From the NCBI GenBank assembly GCA_964016885.1, contig CAXHJY010000295.1:1-36640 (forward strand): a stretch of 36,640 nt of DNA, read 5' to 3'. The DNA comes from Eledone cirrhosa. Taxonomy: Eukaryota. Under the pieces are notes generated by a model that worked only from the letters and a program-made list of their open reading frames with translations, made no database searches and was not told the DNA's origin. Of this stretch, positions 12,001-26,727 are shown in pieces (position 1 is the stretch's first letter; every line of letters starts with the position of its first letter). A program made the position numbers and the translations under genes.

Positions 12001-12318
12001 AGAAACTGTGTCTGAGAGGGATAGAATGTAGTGTACGGGAGAGGAGACTGAGGTGGTATGGACATGTGATGCGCATGGAGGATGACCGATGGGTGAAGAA
12101 GTGCCAGGAAATGCCAGTTGAAGGAAGACGTGGTAGAGGTAGACCACGAAAAACATGGGCGGAGGTGGTGAGAACAGACCTCAGATCATTGAAGCTCACG
12201 GTGGAGATGACGAGGGACCGTGACGAGTGGAGAGATGCTGTGCTGAATAAGACCCGTCCCACCCTTGCAAGCAGGGAAAAGCGGACGTAAAATGATGATG
12301 ATGATGATGATGATGATG
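9030..12318 (+). mobile_element. Apparently full-length RTE-clade LINE (family C)
   Basis: About 190-nt 5' UTR, single long ORF, stop codon followed within a few nt by a (GAT)n tail. No target-site duplication discernible; the exact 5' boundary is uncertain. Confidence 0.9.
9222..12290 (+). CDS. RTE polyprotein: APE endonuclease, reverse transcriptase, C4HC3 (PHD-like) finger; 1022 aa, uninterrupted
   Basis: APE motifs TLNV, VQE, VYAP, GDFNGH, IDF, QH. RT motifs [39 protein letters not shown]. Confidence 0.95.
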   Translation: MKTSHLRVATLNVGTLRGRSAEIADMLERRQVDVRCVQEVRWRGASARLVVRKRLSYKLFWVGKDDGLGGVGIFLAEKWINKTIEVVRVSNRIIKLRLVVGRRLLTIISVYAPQAGLGKDEKDCFYEQLLQTTTMTEDGDIVMLAGDFNGHVGQLQDGYTGVHGGHGYGSRNEEGVRLLEFCDASTLTICNTNFQKPANHLITYKSGEHISQIDFLLVRQRDRQIVSNTKAYPGEECTPQHRLVVSDISVSKRWNETYRKVWRRKVWKLKDLSLKFKFRKALQDVYDEKEDDLETYDIDNNWKFLRDNLLKATDETCGWSRAPTRQRVTWWWNSSVDKAIRDKRLAWKAWNKGGSREEYTATKREARRQVYLARREAESRRFANVLRREDQRRAVFHIARQCVNANQDVVGDKCVRDDAGVLSVTNDQKKEAWKCHYERLMNVENEWEREKLPLVDPTEGPAIEIDEYRVQEAIREMKNGKAAGPSGIVAEMLKASGDVGTKLVARIINQAIYGGVIPKDWCSSILINCYKGKGDALERSNYRGIKLIDQVMKVAERILAQLIRERVKLDEMQFGFVPGKSTTDALFLVRQMQERFLEKNKPLYLAFVDLEKAFDRVPRSVIWWSLRKLGVEEWLVRTVQTLYRGTLSKVRVGMEFSEEFQIQVGVHQGSVLSPLLFIIVLQAITEEFKTGCPWELLYADDLALMAESVEELENKFRLWKQPLEARGLRVNLAKTKVLMSRKEDKTLIPSGKWPCSICRKGTGINSIKCTQCRSWVHKRCSGIAGKLTGRENYVCSRCTGKLDSRSRTDRHIFQMREGAIEVVDSFRYLGDQISMGGGCSEAIVSRIRTGWKKFRELLPLLTKKGFSLRTKGRLYDACVRSAMLHGSETWAATAEDMRRLERNEASMLRWMCSVNVRERPSINVLREKLCLRGIECSVRERRLRWYGHVMRMEDDRWVKKCQEMPVEGRRGRGRPRKTWAEVVRTDLRSLKLTVEMTRDRDEWRDAVLNKTRPTLASREKRT

Positions 12319-12356
12319 TATATGTATGTATATATATATATATATGTATATATATG

Positions 12357-12399
<43 letters not shown>

Positions 12400-12539
12400 A
12401 TATATATGTATGTATATATATATGTATGTATATATATATATATGTATGTATATATATATGTATGTATTTATATATGTATGTATTTATATATGTATGTATT
12501 TATATATGTATGTATTTATATATGTATGTATGTATATAT
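12319..12539. repeat. (TA)n/(TATG) microsatellite
   Basis: Seen directly in the sequence. Confidence 0.97.
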
Positions 12540-14727
12540 ATCATCATCATCATCATCATCAACGTTTAACGTCCGTGTTCCACGCTTGCATGGGTTTGGA
12601 CGGGGGTAGTCCCACTTGAGGCAAGAGTGATTGTCTTGCTCGCATAGGACTGTCTGGCAGGTTTTCTACAGTTGGATGCCCTTCCTAACACCAACCACAT
12701 TTACAGTGTGGGTCTGGGAGGTTTTTACCGTGTTGCCTACACGGCCACATTACAGCGTGGACTGTGTTTTTTTGTCGTGACACCTACACGATCTCATTTG
12801 TTTCGGCCTCGATGGCGCGGCACCAACATAACTTTACATAGAACGGGGTGGTGTGGATCGGGTGGGGGTGGTGGTGGTGGGACGGGGTGTATTTTGTTAG
12901 AGATGCCTACTGGCTGGAGTAGGTTTTACTATATATTTAGGTAAGGCGGGTCTTCTCTGTTACTGAGTACCGCCAAAGGTCTCGGTCCAGTGACATTGTC
13001 TTGGAGAGGTGTAAGTGTGTGATGTCGGAGTTTATCAGCTCGTCCCAGGTTTTTCTAGGTCTGCCTATTCCGTGACTACCGTCTATCTTTATTGCCCTGC
13101 ACTTTGTTATACAGCTATCGACTTTCATGCGCATCACGTGTCCATACCAACGTAGCCTTCTCTCGAGTAAACAACATCTGATCCCTCTTATCTCTAATTT
13201 TTTCCTTAGTTCGTTTATGCTTTGCCGTTCACGTATATTACTGTTACACATCCAGCGGAGCATGCAAGCTTCGTTCCTCTCTAGTCTGCGTATATCCTCT
13301 GCACACAATGCCCAGGTCTCACTGCCATGCAGCATTGCTGTTCGTATGCAGGCATCGTACAACCTGCCTTTCATTTTTAGTGAGAACCCTTTAGCAGCTA
13401 ATAGTGGTATAAGCTCTCTGAACTTTTTCCAACCAGTTCTGACTCTAGCTACAGTACTTTCAGAGCACCCTCCCCCACTGCTGATTTTATCGCCCAGGTA
13501 ACGGAAGCTGTCCACTATTTCTATAGAACCCTCTGCGCAATTGAAAGAGCTAGTAGTTTGTGGGCACTTGCTGCTACTTATTGCACCAGAGCACCGGCCA
13601 CATGTAAAATCTATGTTCTTAGTTAGCTTACCTGTGATCCCACTACATCTTTTATGCACCCATACTTTGCATTTAGGACATAAAATGGAGTTTCTACCTA
13701 CGCCTTTCCTACACACCGAGCACGACCATTTCCCAGAAGGGACCGCCGCCTTGTTTTCTTTCCTACAAACTAGTACTTTGGTCTTAGCCAGGTTAATTTT
13801 AAGTCCTTTTGACTCTAGGCCGTGCTTCCATGTTTGGAATTTCTTCTCTAGCTCGGCCATTGATTCCGCTATGAGTGTCAGGTCGTCTGCGTATAGGAGT
13901 TCCCATGGGCAGCCTGTCTTGAACTCCTCTGTTATAGCCTGAAGGGCAATAATAAATAGTAGTGGACTGAGAACAGAGCCCTGATGGACGCCAACTTTTA
14001 CGCTAAACTCTTCACTATATTCGTTGTTAATTCTAACCTTGCTGACTGTTTCTTTATACATGGCTTGTATAGCCCTCACAAGCCATTCGTCAACGCCTAG
14101 TTTTCTAAGAGCCCACCAGATAATGGAGCGGGGGACTCTGTCGAAGGCTTTCTCCAAGTCGACAAAAGCTAAGTAGAGGGGTTTACCTTTAGCTAGGTAC
14201 TTCTCCTGTAGTTGTCGTACTATGAAAAGAGCGTCTGTGGTACTTTTGCCTGACACAAACCCGAACTGCATTTCATCTAGGTCAATTCTCTCTCTGATTA
14301 GTTGCGCTATTACTTTTTCCGTGACCTTCATGACCTGGTCGATTAATTTAATGCCTCTATAGTTACTCCTATCTAGGGCGTCTCCTTTACCCTTATAACA
14401 GTTAACGATGATGCTGCTATGCCAGTCCTTCGGAACAACCCCATTCTGTACGACTTGGTTAACTATGCGGGTGACCATGGTGTGTCCCACCGTGCCAGAT
14501 GCCTTCAGCATCTCAGCAACTATTTCCGAAGGCCCAGCCGCCTTACCAGTCTTCATATCCTTGATTGCCTTACTTATTATACTCCCCTCGACTAACACTG
14601 CTGGTCCCTCTATTGGGTCGATATGGGGGAGACTGCCTTTCTCCCAATTATTCTCCTCATTTAGTAGCCTTTCATAGTGACACTTCCAAGCTACCTTCTT
14701 ATCAGCGTCGGTGATGGCAAGTGTGCC
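12540..14727 (-). mobile_element. RTE family A (subfamily A'), 5'-truncated, with an open RT frame
   Basis: Frame is open from the truncation point to the stop at 12937 ([22 protein letters not shown]-like finger); non-duplicated 3' UTR; (GAT)n tail. Confidence 0.94.
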
Positions 14728-14815
14728 ATATATGTATGTATATATATATGTATGTATATATATATATATGTATGTATATATATATATGTATGTATATATA
14801 TATATATGTATGTAT

Positions 14816-14849
<34 letters not shown>

Positions 14850-14854
14850 GTATG

Positions 14855-14887
<33 letters not shown>

Positions 14888-14920
14888 GTATGTATATATA
14901 TGTATGTATGTATGTATATA
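14728..14920. repeat. (TA)n/(TATG) microsatellite
   Basis: Seen directly in the sequence. Confidence 0.97.
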
Positions 14921-17117
14921 TAACTTTGAAATGTTTTGGCCAGTATTGGCCCAGGCCATGTCTAACTTAATAGCACCACCTGGCGAAGTCTTTCAATTCA
15001 GGATTTGGGCACCATGGCCCATTAGAGAAGAGAATTACTGTTTGCGGAGACATATCCGGGTGTGGGTGGTTTGTCCGGGATTACTTGGAGGAATTTGTCC
15101 AAAGACTTCTTGAATTTTGTGTGGTCAGTTTCTGTTTTGACGTGTCCTGGTGTGATGTTGAAGAGAGCAGGGCCGATTGAGGTGAAATAATTGTGCCGTA
15201 TTGTTGTTATGAGTTGCGATTTAGATTTTTGAATGGGACGGATAGCACGGGGCCCAAGCCTTGGGTGTATCTTGAAGGCGATGCCAACATCATTTGGGCA
15301 GTGATGATGGAACATTTTCCACATCATGCAGATAATATAACGCTCACGGCGACGTTGGAGTGAGTAAAGTTTCAGGTTTTCCAATCGACCCCAGTAGTCA
15401 AGGTCTGACATGCCATCTATCTTTTTCGTGATTGCCCTTTGAGGAGCTTCAAGTTTCATGATACTTTGTTTCGTGTGGGGAGACCACAGTGGACAACAGT
15501 ATTCAAGGTGTGGTCGGGCGAAAGTAGAGAAGAGAAGGATAATGGTGCGGGAATCTCTCGACTGGAAGGTTCTGAGGATCCAGGAACACATTCTGCGGGC
15601 CATGTCAACTTTGCTGCTTATATGCGTGGTCCAGCTTATGTTGCTGTCCACGGTTACTCCCAAGTCTCTGATGTTGTTAGATGCCACGAGAGTTTCCCCG
15701 GAGGGAAGGGAGTACGGGAGTTTCAGAGCATCCTCTTTTCCAAAGTGGATCAGTTCGAATTTGTCTTCGTTCAGTAACATGTTGTTCTTTTCTGCCCATT
15801 GGGTAACAGCCAGTAGGTCTGACTGAAGGCTTATCCGGTCATCCACGCCATTGATGACCTTTTGGAGCTTGGAATCATCAGCGAAAATTTTAATGTTGCT
15901 GTGTTTGATGATGTCAGTGATGTCATTAATATAGATGATGAAGAGAAGTGGGCCCAACACAGTGCCTTGTGGGACTCCACTACTGACTTTGGCTGGGCTT
16001 GATTTGACTCCCTCAACTACAACATGTTGGGTTCTGTTTGACAGGAAGCTCTTGATCCACTGCAGCAGCTTTCCAGTGACACCAATATTGGACAGCTTTC
16101 TCAGTAGAATGTTATGATCAACCCTGTCAAAGGCCTTGCTGAAATCAAGGTAGATAACATCAGTGTTGGAACCCTCTCCCAAGGCTCTCAAAATGTCATC
16201 AAAGTGATGCAGTAGTTGCGTCAGGCAATCCCTTCCATTACGGAATCCATGCTGGTTGGAGTTCAGCATATTGTTACTCTCAAGGAAGTGGGTCATTCGC
16301 GATCTCACCACTCGCTCAAATACCTTAATGATATGAGAGGTGAGTGAGATTGGACGGTAATTCACGGCAAGGGATTTGTTTCCCTTTTTGAAAACTGGGA
16401 CAACAGACTGGGATAGAAGGTTTTCTGGCACATATCCAGCATCCAGTGAGTTCCGCCACAGATTGGCAAGAGGAGAAGCAAGTTGGTGTTGACACGCCTT
16501 CAAGACACAAGCAGGGAACCTATCGGGACCTACTGCTGAATTATGCTTGATTTCCTTTATTGCCGCCAAGACATCAGGGGCGCCAAACGTTATGTCCGAT
16601 AAGGTGTAATGGGGAGTAACATCGCCGATACAGCCCAGATCGGCCATATCAGGATTGCTGAAAACAGAGCAGTATTGTTTCTGCAGTATCTCACCCATGG
16701 TTTTAGCATTGTCTTGAAGAGTGCCATTTTCATCAATTAGAGGGCCAACAGTAGAGCCAGTGATTTTGTGTTTTTTTGCAAATGAAAAGAACACTTTGGG
16801 ATTGAGTTTGATCTTCTCAATGGCCCAGGCCTCTTCAGCTCTTCTCTGATTGTTGATGAGGGACATTATGTTGTTTTGGAGGTTATGTTTTTTAATCTCT
16901 AGTGATGAAATGGCAGTCAAGTTGATGTGTTGCTGCTGACAGTATTTCAGATTGTTGATTTTTTTGTTCGTTCTCTTAATTTTTCTGATGAGCGTTTTTC
17001 TATTTCTAGGGATTCTGCTCTTAGATTTGTTTATAGTTCTTAATGGGGTGTGTTTAGCACATATGTTTGTAACAGTGTCCACAAATGTCTGCCAGGACTT
17101 TTTGATGTTAGTGGGTG
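14921..17117 (-). mobile_element. CR1-group LINE, 5'-truncated (ORF2 RT region, no endonuclease retained)
   Basis: ORF 15022-17082 has [52 protein letters not shown] and LQRRR; short 3' UTR with a hairpin. Clade assigned from motif style only. Confidence 0.85.
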
Positions 17118-17150
<33 letters not shown>

Positions 17151-17590
17151 ATATATATATGTATGTATATATATATATATGTATGTATATATATATATAT
17201 GTATGTATATATATATATATGTATGTATATATATATATATATGTATGTATATATATATATGTATGTATATATATATATATGTATGTATATATATATATAT
17301 GTATGTATATATATATATATATGTATGTATATATATATATATATGTATGTATATATATATATATGTATGTATATATATATATGTATGTATATATATATTA
17401 TGTATGTATGTATATATATATGTATGTATGTATATATATATGTATGTATGTATATATATATGTATGTATGTATATATATATGTATGTATGTATGTATATA
17501 TATATGTATGTATATATATATGTATGTATGTATGTATATATATATGTATGTATATATATATGTATGTATGTATATATATATATATGTATG

Positions 17591-17649
<59 letters not shown>

Positions 17650-17676
17650 GTATATATATATATATATGTATGTATG

Positions 17677-17742
<66 letters not shown>

Positions 17743-17757
17743 GTATATATATATATA
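17118..17757. repeat. (TA)n/(TATG) microsatellite, ~20-bp periodicity in its left part
   Basis: Seen directly in the sequence. Confidence 0.97.
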
Positions 17758-17834
17758 ACGAAGGAAATGTGGTAAGGAACCAGGTGGACCATAACGCACC
17801 AAAGTACTCAATACTTGAGGTAGTAGAGTGGGTA

Positions 17835-17937
17835 ATAGGAACCAGTAAGACCCCGACAGCTGAGCTCAAGCCGTTTCAACCAGAATTAGCCGTCGAAACG
17901 GCTTGAGCTCAGCTGTCGGGGTCTTATTGGTTCCTAT
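17835..17937. repeat. Hairpin (43-bp arms, 17-nt spacer, 1 mismatch) whose arms carry the 3' half of a hammerhead; unique extension at 17758-17834
   Basis: 17835-17877 is the reverse complement of 17895-17937; the arm reads GAAAC-GGCTTGAGCTCAGCT-GTC-GGGGTC. Confidence 0.85.
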
Positions 17938-19591
<1,654 letters not shown>

Positions 19592-19983
19592 AATGTAAAG
19601 TTATGTTGGTCCCACAACATCCAGGCCGAAACAAATGAGATCGTGTAGGTGTCACGACAAAAAACACACAGTCCACGCTGTAAATGTGGCCGTGTAGGCA
19701 ACACGGTAAAAACCTCCCAGCCCCACGCTGTAAATGTGGTTGGTGTTAGGAAGGGCATCCAGCTGTAGAAAACCCGCCAGACAGTCCACGCTGTAATGTG
19801 GCCGTGTAGGCAACACGGTAAAAACCTCCCAGCCCCACACTGTAAATGTGGTTGGTGTTAGGAAGGGCATCCAACTGTAGAAAACCCGCCAGACAGTCCT
19901 ATGCGAGCAAGACAACCACTCTTGCCTCAAGTGGGAAAACCCCCGTCCAAACCCATGCAAGCGTGGAACACGGACGCTAAACC

Positions 19984-20023
<40 letters not shown>
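19592..20023 (+). mobile_element. RTE family A, 3' UTR-only copy (duplicated-UTR variant) with (GAT)n tail
   Basis: Near-identical to about 866-1282. Confidence 0.92.
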
Positions 20024-20165
20024 ATATGTATATATATATATGTATATATATATATGTATATATATGTATGTATATATATGTATATATATGTATATATATA
20101 TATATATGTATATATATGTATATGTATATATATGTATATATATATATATATATGTATTATATATG

Positions 20166-20196
<31 letters not shown>

Positions 20197-20416
20197 GGAT
20201 GTATATATATGTATATATATATATATATATGTATGTATATATATATATATATGTGTATGTATATATATGTATATATATATATGTATGTATATATATATAT
20301 ATATGTGTATGTATATATATGTATATATATATATGTATGTATATATATATATATATGTGTATGTATATATATGTATATATATATATGTGTATATATATGT
20401 ATATATATATATATGT
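20024..20416. repeat. (TA)n/(TATG) microsatellite
   Basis: Seen directly in the sequence. Confidence 0.97.
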
Positions 20417-21273
20417 ATCATCATCATCATCATCATCATCAGCGTTTAACGTCCGTGTTCCACGCTTGCATGGGTTTGGACGGGGGTAGTCCCACTTGAG
20501 GCAAGAGTGATTGTCTTGCTCGCATAGGACTGTCTGGCAGGTTTTCTACAGTTGGATGCCCTTCCTAACACCAACCACATTTACAGTGTGGGTCTGGGAG
20601 GTTTTTAACCGTGTTGCCTACACGGCCACATTACAGCGTGGACTGTGTGTTTTTTTGTCGTGACACCTACACGATCTCATTTGTTTCGGCCTCGATGGCG
20701 CGGCACCAACATAACTTTACATAGAACGGGGTGGTGTGGATCGGGTGGGGGTGGTGGGACGGGGTGTATTTTGTTAGAGATGCCTACTGGCTGGAGTAGG
20801 TTTTACTATATATTTAGGTAAGGCGGGTCTTCTCTGTTACTGAGTACCGCCAAAGGTCTCGGTCCAGTGACATTGTCTTGGAGAGGTGTAAGTGTGTGAT
20901 GTCGGAGTTTATCAGCTCGTCCCAGGTTTTTCTAGGTCTGCCTATTCCGTGACTACCGTCTATCTTTATTGCCCTGCACTTTGTTATACAGCTATCGACT
21001 TTCATGCGCATCACGTGTCCATACCAACGTAGCCTTCTCTCGAGTAAACAACATCTGATCCCTCTTATCTCTAATTTATTCCTTAGTTCGTTTATGCTTT
21101 GCCGTTCACGTATATTACTGTTACACATCCAGCGGAGCATGCAAGCTTCGTTCCTCTCTAGTCTGCGTATATCCTCTGCACACAATGCCCAGGTCTCACT
21201 GCCATGCAGCATTGCTGTTCGTATGCAGGCATCGTACAACCTGCCTTTCATTTTTAGTGAGAACCCTTTAGCA
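20417..21273 (-). mobile_element. RTE subfamily A', 5'-truncated
   Basis: Near-identical to about 12540-13397; ORF end [10 protein letters not shown]...EKTRLT*. Confidence 0.93.
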
Positions 21274-21332
21274 ATGTGTATATATATGTATATATATATA
21301 TATGTATATATATATACATATACATATATATA

Positions 21333-22097
21333 CTTCTCCCTCAGAATGAAAGGCAGACTGTATGATGCGTGTATCCGAACAGCGATGTTGCATGGTAGTG
21401 AGACCTGGGCGCTGAAGGTGGAAGACTTACGTAGATAGAGAGAAACGAAGCCTGCATGCTCCGATGGATGTGTAACAGTAATATACGTGAACGACAAAGC
21501 ATAAATGAATTGAGAGAGAGACTGAGCATAAGAGGAATCAAATGCTGCGTGCAGGAGAGGCGGTTACGCTGGTATGGACATGTGATGCGTATGAAGGATG
21601 ACAGCTGCATAAAAAGGTGCAGAGCACTAGAAGTTGATGGAAACCGCGGAGTGGGGAGACCAAAGATGACTTGGGATGAGGTGATAAAAGCCGACCTTAC
21701 CCAACTACACCTCTCAAAGTCAATGACACACGACCGTGACTTCTGGCGTCACGCAGTAATACAGGGTACCCGACCTCCCATGGGTACATGCTGAAGCATA
21801 TAAACAATATGCCCCCCCCCCCCACCGCAAGGTGGTCGTGGAGGTGCCACGGCAAAAAAGCACCCAGCCCACACTGTAAAGTGGACGTGTAGGCGCCACG
21901 AAAAAGCACCCAGCACTCACTGTAAATGAGGTTGGTGTTAGGAAGGGCATCCAGCTGTAGAAATCAAGCCAGATCAGTTCCTGTATGAGCAAGGCATGGT
22001 CAGCCGACCAGACACTGCCCACAACAGGACAACCCGTCTAACCCATGCTAGCGTGGAAGAACGGACGTAAAACGGTGATGATGATGATGATGATGAT
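21333..22097 (+). mobile_element. RTE family B, 5'-truncated, frameshift near 21435
   Basis: [15 protein letters not shown]...RLRWYGHV...QGTRPPMGTC*; 3' UTR with a poly(C) run; (GAT)n tail. Confidence 0.92.
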
Positions 22098-23448
<1,351 letters not shown>

Positions 23449-24569
23449 ATCATCATCATCATCATCACCGTTTTACGTCCGTTCTTCCACGCTAGCATGG
23501 GTTAGACGGGTTGTCCTGTTGTGGGCAGTGTCTGGTCGGCTGACCATGCCTTGCTCATACAGGAACTGATCTGGCTTGATTTCTACAGCTGGATGCCCTT
23601 CCTAACACCAACCTCATTTACAGTGAGTGCTGGGTGCTTTTTCGTGGCGCCTACACGTCCACTTTACAGTGTGGGCTGGGTGCTTTTTTGCCGTGGCACC
23701 TCCACGACCACCTTGCGGTGGGGGGGGGGGGGGCATATTGTTTATATGCTTCAGCATGTACCCATGGGAGGTCGGGTACCCTGTATTACTGCGTGACGCC
23801 AGAAGTCACGGTCGTGTGTCATTGACTTTGAGAGGTGTAGTTGGGTAAGGTCGGGCTCTTATCACCTCATCCCAAGTCATCTTGGGTCTCCCCCACTCCG
23901 CGGTTTCCATCAACTTCTAGTGCTCTGCACCTTTTTATGCAGCTGTCATCCTTCATACGCATCACATGTCCATACCAGCGTAACCGCCTCTCCTGCACGC
24001 AGCATTTGATTCCTCTTATGCTCAGTCTCTCTCTCAATTCTTTGTCGTTCACGTATGTTACTGTTACACATCCATCGGAGCATGCAGGCTTCGTTTCTCT
24101 CTAATCTACGTAAGTCTTCCACCTTCAGCGCCCAGGTCTCACTACCATGCAACATCGCTGTTCGGATACACGCATCATACAGTCTGCCTTTCATTCTGAG
24201 GGAGAAGCCTTTTGCAGCTAGCAGTGGTAGTAGTTCCCTAAACTTCTTCCATCCCGTTCTTACCCTAGTTATTGTACTTTCTGAGCACCCACCTCCGTTG
24301 CTATTCGGTCACCTAGGTAGCAGAAGCTGTCTACTGTTTCTACAGGGCCCTCCCAGAGATTGGTGGTACTTGTTTCCTGTGGCTGTTTGCTTGCTGTTTC
24401 AGCACAGCTGCTGCATGTGAATCCTACATTCTTAATTAAGCTTCCTGAGATCCCGCTACATCTCTTGTGTACCCATTGTTTGCATTTGGGGCAAAGAATG
24501 GAGTTCCTACCTACACCTTTCCTACATACTGAGCAAGGCCATTTCCTGAGGGGATCTGGGTTCTGTTTT
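23449..24569 (-). mobile_element. RTE family B, 5'-truncated, several small indels
   Basis: Near reverse complement of 21333-22097, extending further 5' through the PHD-like finger ([10 protein letters not shown]). Confidence 0.92.
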
Positions 24570-25125
24570 ATATGTATATGTATATGTATAAAGATATGTA
24601 TATGTATATATATATGTATGTATATATATATGTATATATGTATATATGTATATATATATGTATATATATATGTATATATATATGTATATATATATGTATA
24701 TATATATGTATATATATATGTATGTATATATGTATATATATATGTATATATATATATATGTATATATATATGTATGTATATATGTATATATATGTATATA
24801 TATATGTATGTATATATGTATATATATGTATATATTATATATATGTATATATATATATATGTATATATATGTATATATATGTATATATATATATGTATAT
24901 ATATGTATATATATGTATATATATATATATATGTATATATATGTATATATATGTATATATATGTCATATATGTATATATATGTATATATATGTATATATA
25001 TATATGTATATATATGTATATATATATATGTATATATATGTATATACATATATATATGTATATATATGTATATACATATATATATGTTTATATATGTATA
25101 TACATATATATATACATATATATAT
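24570..25125. repeat. (TA)n/(TATG) microsatellite
   Basis: Seen directly in the sequence. Confidence 0.97.
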
Positions 25126-25272
25126 TTATTTCTGAAGACGGCATATATGTGTGTTTGGTATGTATATTTAATCTTGATAGTTTGTATAATTTTGTATAAT
25201 TTTGTACATAGATCTGTTGAATATGCATGCCAATTCTAACACATATATATCCTAGAAACGATCATTAAATAA
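25126..25272 (+). ncRNA. Type-I hammerhead ribozyme motif, stand-alone (probable solo PLE pLTR extending to about 25470)
   Basis: TTATTT-CTGAAGA-c-GG(c)ATATATGTGTGTT...AACACATATATATCC-ta-GAAAC-GATC-ATT-AAATAA. Stem I 6 bp, stem II about 15 bp; stem III has A where G is expected. Confidence 0.7.
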
Positions 25273-25515
25273 TGAACTTTTTTTGTTTAATATAAGGAAC
25301 TGTTTCATTGTTTTATTCATTATTTGTTTAATATTTTATCTTGACTCTGTATTCCGTTTATCTTTCACCGAAAGTGATTTTTCATTACATCTCTTCTTTC
25401 CATGATATCCGGAATACATTGAGTTCTTCATACGGATTGGACACTACCGTAAACTCTTGGTAGATTTATCTACATATATGTATATATATATGTATATATA
25501 TATGTATGTATTTAT

Positions 25516-26120
25516 GTCAGGTCACCAGTTGGTGCTACTGGTAAAATGTATCCCAGTACAACCTGTTTCATGGTCAGGTCGTTGGCGACTAAACTGGCAA
25601 CCCCACCAAGGTTTCTTGGTGAGGAGGGTGACTTTGGACATCCTGCAGGACTAAAAACAAAACCTGTCAAAGGGCAAAGGAGCTCTTAAGAGTCAATGGC
25701 CATCCAAAATCACCGGGAGAGATGACCCCTTAGCCTTTGTCAAGGCAGAATTCTAGGAGAAGGAAAACTCTATAACACCTGCAACCCTGATGGTATCCAA
25801 TGATGTTGACTTGTTCTTCTTTTTGGTAAATATCATCTTGGTTAAGAGAGTGGGACTGGCTTTGTGCAGTGCCTTTGCTCACCATAAAAGCTTCATGGCA
25901 CAGGCATTGCTTTATATCTGGAGATCTCTCTACACTTGTCGTCACATGGTACCATGGGCTCAGCACTAAGTGTCAATGATTGTCACAAGTGTATTGTTTG
26001 TACCAGAGTTTTCAAGTCGCTGGCTGGACTAAAACGTCACTCGTTCAGCGCATCGGTAGGGGTTCTCCTACATGGATATAAAGTAGTGGCCGTACTCGAA
26101 AACGAGTTGGCAGCCACCAT
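25516..26120 (+). mobile_element. Probable bipartite non-autonomous RTE/BovB-like element (5' UTR-like part fused to a C-terminal zinc-finger remnant and 3' end)
   Basis: TCTAGGAGAAGGAAAACTC resembles RTE/BovB 5' UTRs (recalled, not searched). 25984-26040 encodes [19 protein letters not shown], similar to BovB-type C-terminal C2H2 fingers. No RT in between. Confidence 0.5.

Positions 26121-26727
<607 letters not shown>

Noticed and set aside
9002-12340. Target-site duplications around the full-length RTE and other elements
   Set aside because: Flanks are poly(T) or TA microsatellite, so no duplication can be called reliably.
207-16510. Antisense ORFs overlapping LINE coding regions (e.g. 207-491, 11714-12262, 13127-13501, 15458-15826)
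   Set aside because: Shadow frames of the LINE ORFs; they recur only because the elements are repeated and have no recognisable domains.
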